A DNA stretch of 64,000 nucleotides from Eledone cirrhosa (lineage: Eukaryota). The notes below the pieces were generated by a model. That model saw only the letters and a program-made list of their open reading frames with translations, was not told where the DNA came from and did no database searches. The stretch covers positions 289,974,001 through 290,038,000 of the forward strand of contig OZ024741.1 in assembly GCA_964016885.1 (NCBI GenBank), written 5' to 3'. Every line of letters begins with the position of its first letter. Position 1 is the first letter of the stretch. Shown here in pieces: positions 58,888-64,000 of the stretch. The position numbers and the translations under genes are program-made.

Positions 58888-58966
<79 letters not shown>

Positions 58967-60140
58967 ATTTTTTATTTCATTGTTTTAACTTATATGTATA
59001 TATATATGGATGTGTGTGTGTGTGTGTATGTTCGTATGTGCATGTGTATTTCTCTGTGCGAGTGTGCGTCCATGTGTGTGTTTGTATGTGTGTGTGTGTG
59101 TGTGTGTGTGTGCCCATGTGCATGTGTTCGTGTCTCTGTGTGTGTACATGCGTACATGTGTATGTTTGTGTGTTTTCATTCTGTGTGTGTGTGTGTATGT
59201 ATGTGTGCGTGTGCGTGTTCGTGTATGTGTGTGTGTACATGTGTGTGTGTGTGTGTGTGTTCGTGCCTGTGTGTGTGTATGTATATATGTGTGTGTGTGT
59301 ATATGTGTGTGTGTATGTGTATGTGTGTGTGTGTATGTGTGTGTGTATGTGTATGTGTGTGTATGTGTTTATGTTTGTATATCTGTGTGTGTGTGTGTGT
59401 GTGCGTATGTGTGTGTGTGTACTCGTATAAGTTGGGAATGGCTTTACTTTCAAATATACAAAACAGGACTATGCTCCAGTTTCGTCATTTTACTATGGAT
59501 GTTCCCTATTTCCTTAGATATTTATACTTATTTTTTAATAGTTATGCAATTAAAGTTTGTCTCCGTCCCCATGACTCATCAAGCCGATGGTTATCTCTCT
59601 TTCTTTTGTGTTAAGTGACTGAGAATACAAGAATACTGTTCTTAGACAGGATCTCCAATCCATTGCTTTCCACTGAGTGGACGCGAGCAATTTGAAATGA
59701 GACATTTTGCTCAATGACACAACACGCCATCTATCGCGAGATTTACACTCCAATTTTATCATTTTATTATGGAATTGTTTATAATTCCTTATTAGCAATT
59801 TATGTTTAGCATGGAACAGTAGCGTACCTAAATCACGTGAAACTTAAATAAGGCGTCCCCGAACTCCTGGCGCCCTCATCAGACTTTAGGACAATCTCTA
59901 ACGCCGGGACTGTGGGGAGGCCAGCATGTGGGACACCATTTGCTCACCATACAGAGATGGGGAGGGCGAGAGAGATGGAGGCGATGACAGTGGGAGTTCG
60001 GCTCTTCCACGTTCGGACCATATCCTTGTGGTTGTGTTCATTAACTATAGAGTTCATTCTATTACTCAGTGGTTATCGAAATACACATATTTATACATAT
60101 TCCCCTTTTCAGAACGTAACCATTATTCCATTAGTATAAC

Positions 60141-60179
60141 ATTCTGAAGATGGATCCGTGAAAGCGTCGAAACGTTAAT
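60141..60179 (+). ncRNA. Minimal hammerhead-like motif
   Basis: AUU-CUGAAGA-UGG..UC-GAAAC-GUU-AAU; weak stem II. Confidence 0.45.
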
Positions 60180-60663
60180 AGATAGCCTATTGACTTCGAA
60201 TTATTGGCCTGTTACTCTGGATATTATCTTATGTTTTGCAAGGTCACCAAACAGTGTTGAAAGTGGTAGTGAGAGGAGAGGAGTTGTCCTGGTGGAGTTG
60301 GGGGTAGTGTTGCTTATGGTAGTGGTGATTTTAGTAATAGTGGTGTTGGTGATGCTGGATTTGGTGAGCATGCTGATGCTGGTGGTCGTCATTGCCATGG
60401 TTGTAGCTGTTAATGTGGTGAAACATCGACGGCGACATGACTGGAAACATATTAAGATCAAATAACGATGATGACGTTATTCACGTTGACGCTGACGGCG
60501 CGAACGCCGCTGCCAATGCAGATATTAACGTTTAACTGATTCTGTGACATTGCCCTACCCCTGCACGACACCTCTGATGCGGCGGTAACAACGGTGCTAG
60601 TTACTGAGTATGGGGGGGGGGGGGAGATAAATGACAGAGAAATAAAAAGGGAGAGCAAAAGGA

Positions 60664-61047
60664 GTGAAGAAGAAGAAGAAGAAGAAGATGATGATGATGA
60701 TGAATAAGAAGAAGACGGAGAAGATGATGAATAAGAAGAAAAAATATATGAAGGAGGAGGAGGAAAAAAGAAGTAGTAATAGTAGTAGTAGTAGTAGTAG
60801 TTGTAGCAGCAGCAGCAGTAGTAGCAGTAGCAGCATAAGTGGTAGCAGTAGTAGCAGTAGTAGTAGTAGTAGTAGTAGTAGTAGTTGTAGCAGCAGCAGC
60901 AGTAATAGTAGTAGCAGTAACAGCAACAGCAGAAGTAATACTAGTAGTAGTAGCCATAGCAGCAGAAGTGGTAGTAGTAGTAGTAGTAGTAGTAATAGTA
61001 GCAGCAGTAGTAGTAGTAGCAGTAGTAGCAGTAGTAGCAGTAGTAGT
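60664..61047. repeat. (GAA)n/(GAT)n and (TAG/CAG)n microsatellites
   Basis: Direct reading. Confidence 0.9.
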
Positions 61048-61330
61048 CTATAACAAGGACGATAACAACAACGACAGAAATAAAAGGTTAAAACTAAAGT
61101 AAATAAAAGAAATGACGAAACGATGGAACGCCGTGGGGGGTTGTTACGATTCATTACCGTAGCTACTATCTCATTACTGGAGCAACAGTCCAATTACAGA
61201 GTTGATATCAAGGTTGAGGTGGGCAGGCAAGATGCCCAAATATCACCTGACATCATGTATCACGCCGTCAGACTAATCAAAATTGCTTAAACGCAATAAT
61301 ACACGACCAACGCTACGATTTATGTATATG

Positions 61331-61384
<54 letters not shown>

Positions 61385-61400
61385 CACACATATATATATG

Positions 61401-61463
<63 letters not shown>

Positions 61464-61760
61464 TGAAACAAAATGAAAACGAAATTTCATTTCTCACTCT
61501 TAGTATGGCACTTACTTAAATGTAAGTATGCATGTATACGTACATACATATATGTATACAGACGTACAGTAGCATGCACATATATATATATATATACATA
61601 TATATATACATATGCATACAGGTACACATACATATATGCACGTATCAGTTTAGCGGCGCTAACGTCGCTTTGTTCGTTTGTAAACAAACTGAACAGCCTG
61701 AATTTATGCCATACGGTGTTAAGGCAACCACGTCACCTTTTTGTTCAACACTGACACAGG

Positions 61761-61805
61761 AACGATGTACTAGTTTCAAGCTTGTTAGCTATCATCAGCA
61801 CCGTT
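61761..61805 (-). ncRNA. Minimal type I hammerhead (466-bp unit 1)
   Basis: AACGGUG-CUGAUGA-U-AGCU(AACA)AGCU-U-GAAA-CUA-GUA-CAUCGUU; 7-bp stem I; palindromic ACUAGU. Confidence 0.87.
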
Positions 61806-61838
61806 TACCCATCTGCCAGATAGTTGAACGTTCGAAAG

Positions 61839-61886
61839 TATATACTTTCCTTATGAAAATTAACGGCTGAGCAGCCTAATTTGCAT
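61839..61886 (-). promoter_or_regulatory. Putative internal promoter (octamer + TATA), repeated in each unit
   Basis: ATGCAAAT at 61886-61879 and TATATA at 61844-61839; same spacing at 23834-23881. Confidence 0.45.
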
Positions 61887-62226
61887 ATTGAGTGAGTTAA
61901 ATCGGTCAGGCATACCGAAAACGATAAATTGAAACAAAATGAAAACGAAATTTCATTTCTCACTCTTAGTATGGCACTTACTTAAATGTAAGTATGCATG
62001 TATACGTACATACATATATGTATACAGACGTACAGTAGCATGCACATATATATATATATATACATATATATATACATATGCATACAGGTACACATACATA
62101 TATGCACGTATCAGTTTAGCGGCGCTAACGTCGCTTTGTTCGTTTGTAAACAAACTGAACAGCCTGAATTTATGCCATACGGTGTTAAGGCAACCACGTC
62201 ACCTTTTTGTTCAACACTGACACAGG

Positions 62227-62271
62227 AACGATGTACTAGTTTCAAGCTTGTTAGCTATCATCAGCACCGTT
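62227..62271 (-). ncRNA. Minimal type I hammerhead (unit 2)
   Basis: Identical to unit 1. Confidence 0.87.
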
Positions 62272-62692
62272 TACCCATCTGCCAGATAGTTGAACGTTCG
62301 AAAGTATATACTTTCCTTATGAAAATTAACGGCTGAGCAGCCTAATTTGCATATTGAGTGAGTTAAATCGGTCAGGCATACCGAAAACGATAAATTGAAA
62401 CAAAATGAAAACGAAATTTCATTTCTCACTCTTAGTATGGCACTTACTTAAATGTAAGTATGCATGTATACGTACATACATATATGTATACAGACGTACA
62501 GTAGCATGCACATATATATATATATATACATATATATATACATATGCATACAGGTACACATACATATATGCACGTATCAGTTTAGCGGCGCTAACGTCGC
62601 TTTGTTCGTTTGTAAACAAACTGAACAGCCTGAATTTATGCCATACGGTGTTAAGGCAACCACGTCACCTTTTTGTTCAACACTGACACAGG

Positions 62693-62737
62693 AACGATGT
62701 ACTAGTTTCAAGCTTGTTAGCTATCATCAGCACCGTT
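62693..62737 (-). ncRNA. Minimal type I hammerhead (unit 3)
   Basis: Identical to unit 1. Confidence 0.87.
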
Positions 62738-63158
62738 TACCCATCTGCCAGATAGTTGAACGTTCGAAAGTATATACTTTCCTTATGAAAATTAACGGCT
62801 GAGCAGCCTAATTTGCATATTGAGTGAGTTAAATCGGTCAGGCATACCGAAAACGATAAATTGAAACAAAATGAAAACGAAATTTCATTTCTCACTCTTA
62901 GTATGGCACTTACTTAAATGTAAGTATGCATGTATACGTACATACATATATGTATACAGACGTACAGTAGCATGCACATATATATATATATATACATATA
63001 TATATACATATGCATACAGGTACACATACATATATGCACGTATCAGTTTAGCGGCGCTAACGTCGCTTTGTTCGTTTGTAAACAAACTGAACAGCCTGAA
63101 TTTATGCCATACGGTGTTAAGGCAACCACGTCACCTTTTTGTTCAACACTGACACAGG

Positions 63159-63203
63159 AACGATGTACTAGTTTCAAGCTTGTTAGCTATCATCAGCACC
63201 GTT
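63159..63203 (-). ncRNA. Minimal type I hammerhead (unit 4)
   Basis: Identical to unit 1. Confidence 0.87.
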
Positions 63204-63624
63204 TACCCATCTGCCAGATAGTTGAACGTTCGAAAGTATATACTTTCCTTATGAAAATTAACGGCTGAGCAGCCTAATTTGCATATTGAGTGAGTTAAAT
63301 CGGTCAGGCATACCGAAAACGATAAATTGAAACAAAATGAAAACGAAATTTCATTTCTCACTCTTAGTATGGCACTTACTTAAATGTAAGTATGCATGTA
63401 TACGTACATACATATATGTATACAGACGTACAGTAGCATGCACATATATATATATATATACATATATATATACATATGCATACAGGTACACATACATATA
63501 TGCACGTATCAGTTTAGCGGCGCTAACGTCGCTTTGTTCGTTTGTAAACAAACTGAACAGCCTGAATTTATGCCATACGGTGTTAAGGCAACCACGTCAC
63601 CTTTTTGTTCAACACTGACACAGG

Positions 63625-63669
63625 AACGATGTACTAGTTTCAAGCTTGTTAGCTATCATCAGCACCGTT
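63625..63669 (-). ncRNA. Minimal type I hammerhead (unit 5)
   Basis: Identical to unit 1. Confidence 0.87.
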
Positions 63670-64000
63670 TACCCATCTGCCAGATAGTTGAACGTTCGAA
63701 AGTATATACTTTCCTTATGAAAATTAACGGCTGAGCAGCCTAATTTGCATATTGAGTGAGTTAAATCGGTCAGGCATACCGAAAACGATAAATTGAAACA
63801 AAATGAAAACGAAATTTCATTTCTCACTCTTAGTATGGCACTTACTTAAATGTAAGTATGCATGTATACGTACATACATATATGTATACAGACGTACAGT
63901 AGCATGCACATATATATATATATATACATATATATATACATATGCATACAGGTACACATACATATATGCACGTATCAGTTTAGCGGCGCTAACGTCGCTT

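Larger units (their letters stand above)
56333..58890 (+). mobile_element. 5'-truncated Penelope-like retroelement with inverted UTR segment at its 5' end
   Basis: 56333-56664 (minus the SINE) is the reverse complement of 58583-58711; flanked by (TA)n. Confidence 0.9.
61461..64000 (-). mobile_element. Retrozyme-like tandem array, 466-bp unit, at least 5.4 copies, runs off the window
   Basis: Units start at 61461, 61927, 62393, 62859, 63325 and 63791; apparently identical; one HHR per unit; begins at (TA)n. Confidence 0.88.

Noticed and set aside
61473-63734. Repeated 66-112 aa ORFs in the 466-bp array
   Set aside because: Overlapping frames through TA/CA repeats with no domain; an RNA-level explanation fits better

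Overview
AT-rich, repeat-dominated eukaryotic DNA with no recognisable host protein-coding gene; nearly all long ORFs in the track are microsatellite artefacts. The dominant tRNA-derived SINE resembles octopus SINEs I recall, so an octopod cephalopod is my inferred source. The window holds four 5'-truncated Penelope-like retroelement (PLE; RT plus C-terminal GIY-YIG) copies, an RTE LINE fragment, about 20 SINEs, two DNA-transposon MITEs and large satellites. The main hidden signal is more than 20 type I hammerhead ribozyme (HHR) motifs, found by eye, in at least 10 unrelated families inserted in (TA)n tracts. These include two near-perfect tandem arrays (312-bp and 466-bp units, one HHR per unit) that look like retrozyme concatemers. 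Many HHRs carry recurrent non-canonical features: U.U or C.A at the base of stem II, UUGAAAA, CCGAUGA or CAGAAGA cores, and very long stem II. Almost every insertion has a 5' fold-back inversion. Two diverged families share an octamer-42nt-TATA-45/46nt-HHR layout, suggesting a built-in promoter. All structures are manual predictions; no activity or database match was tested.
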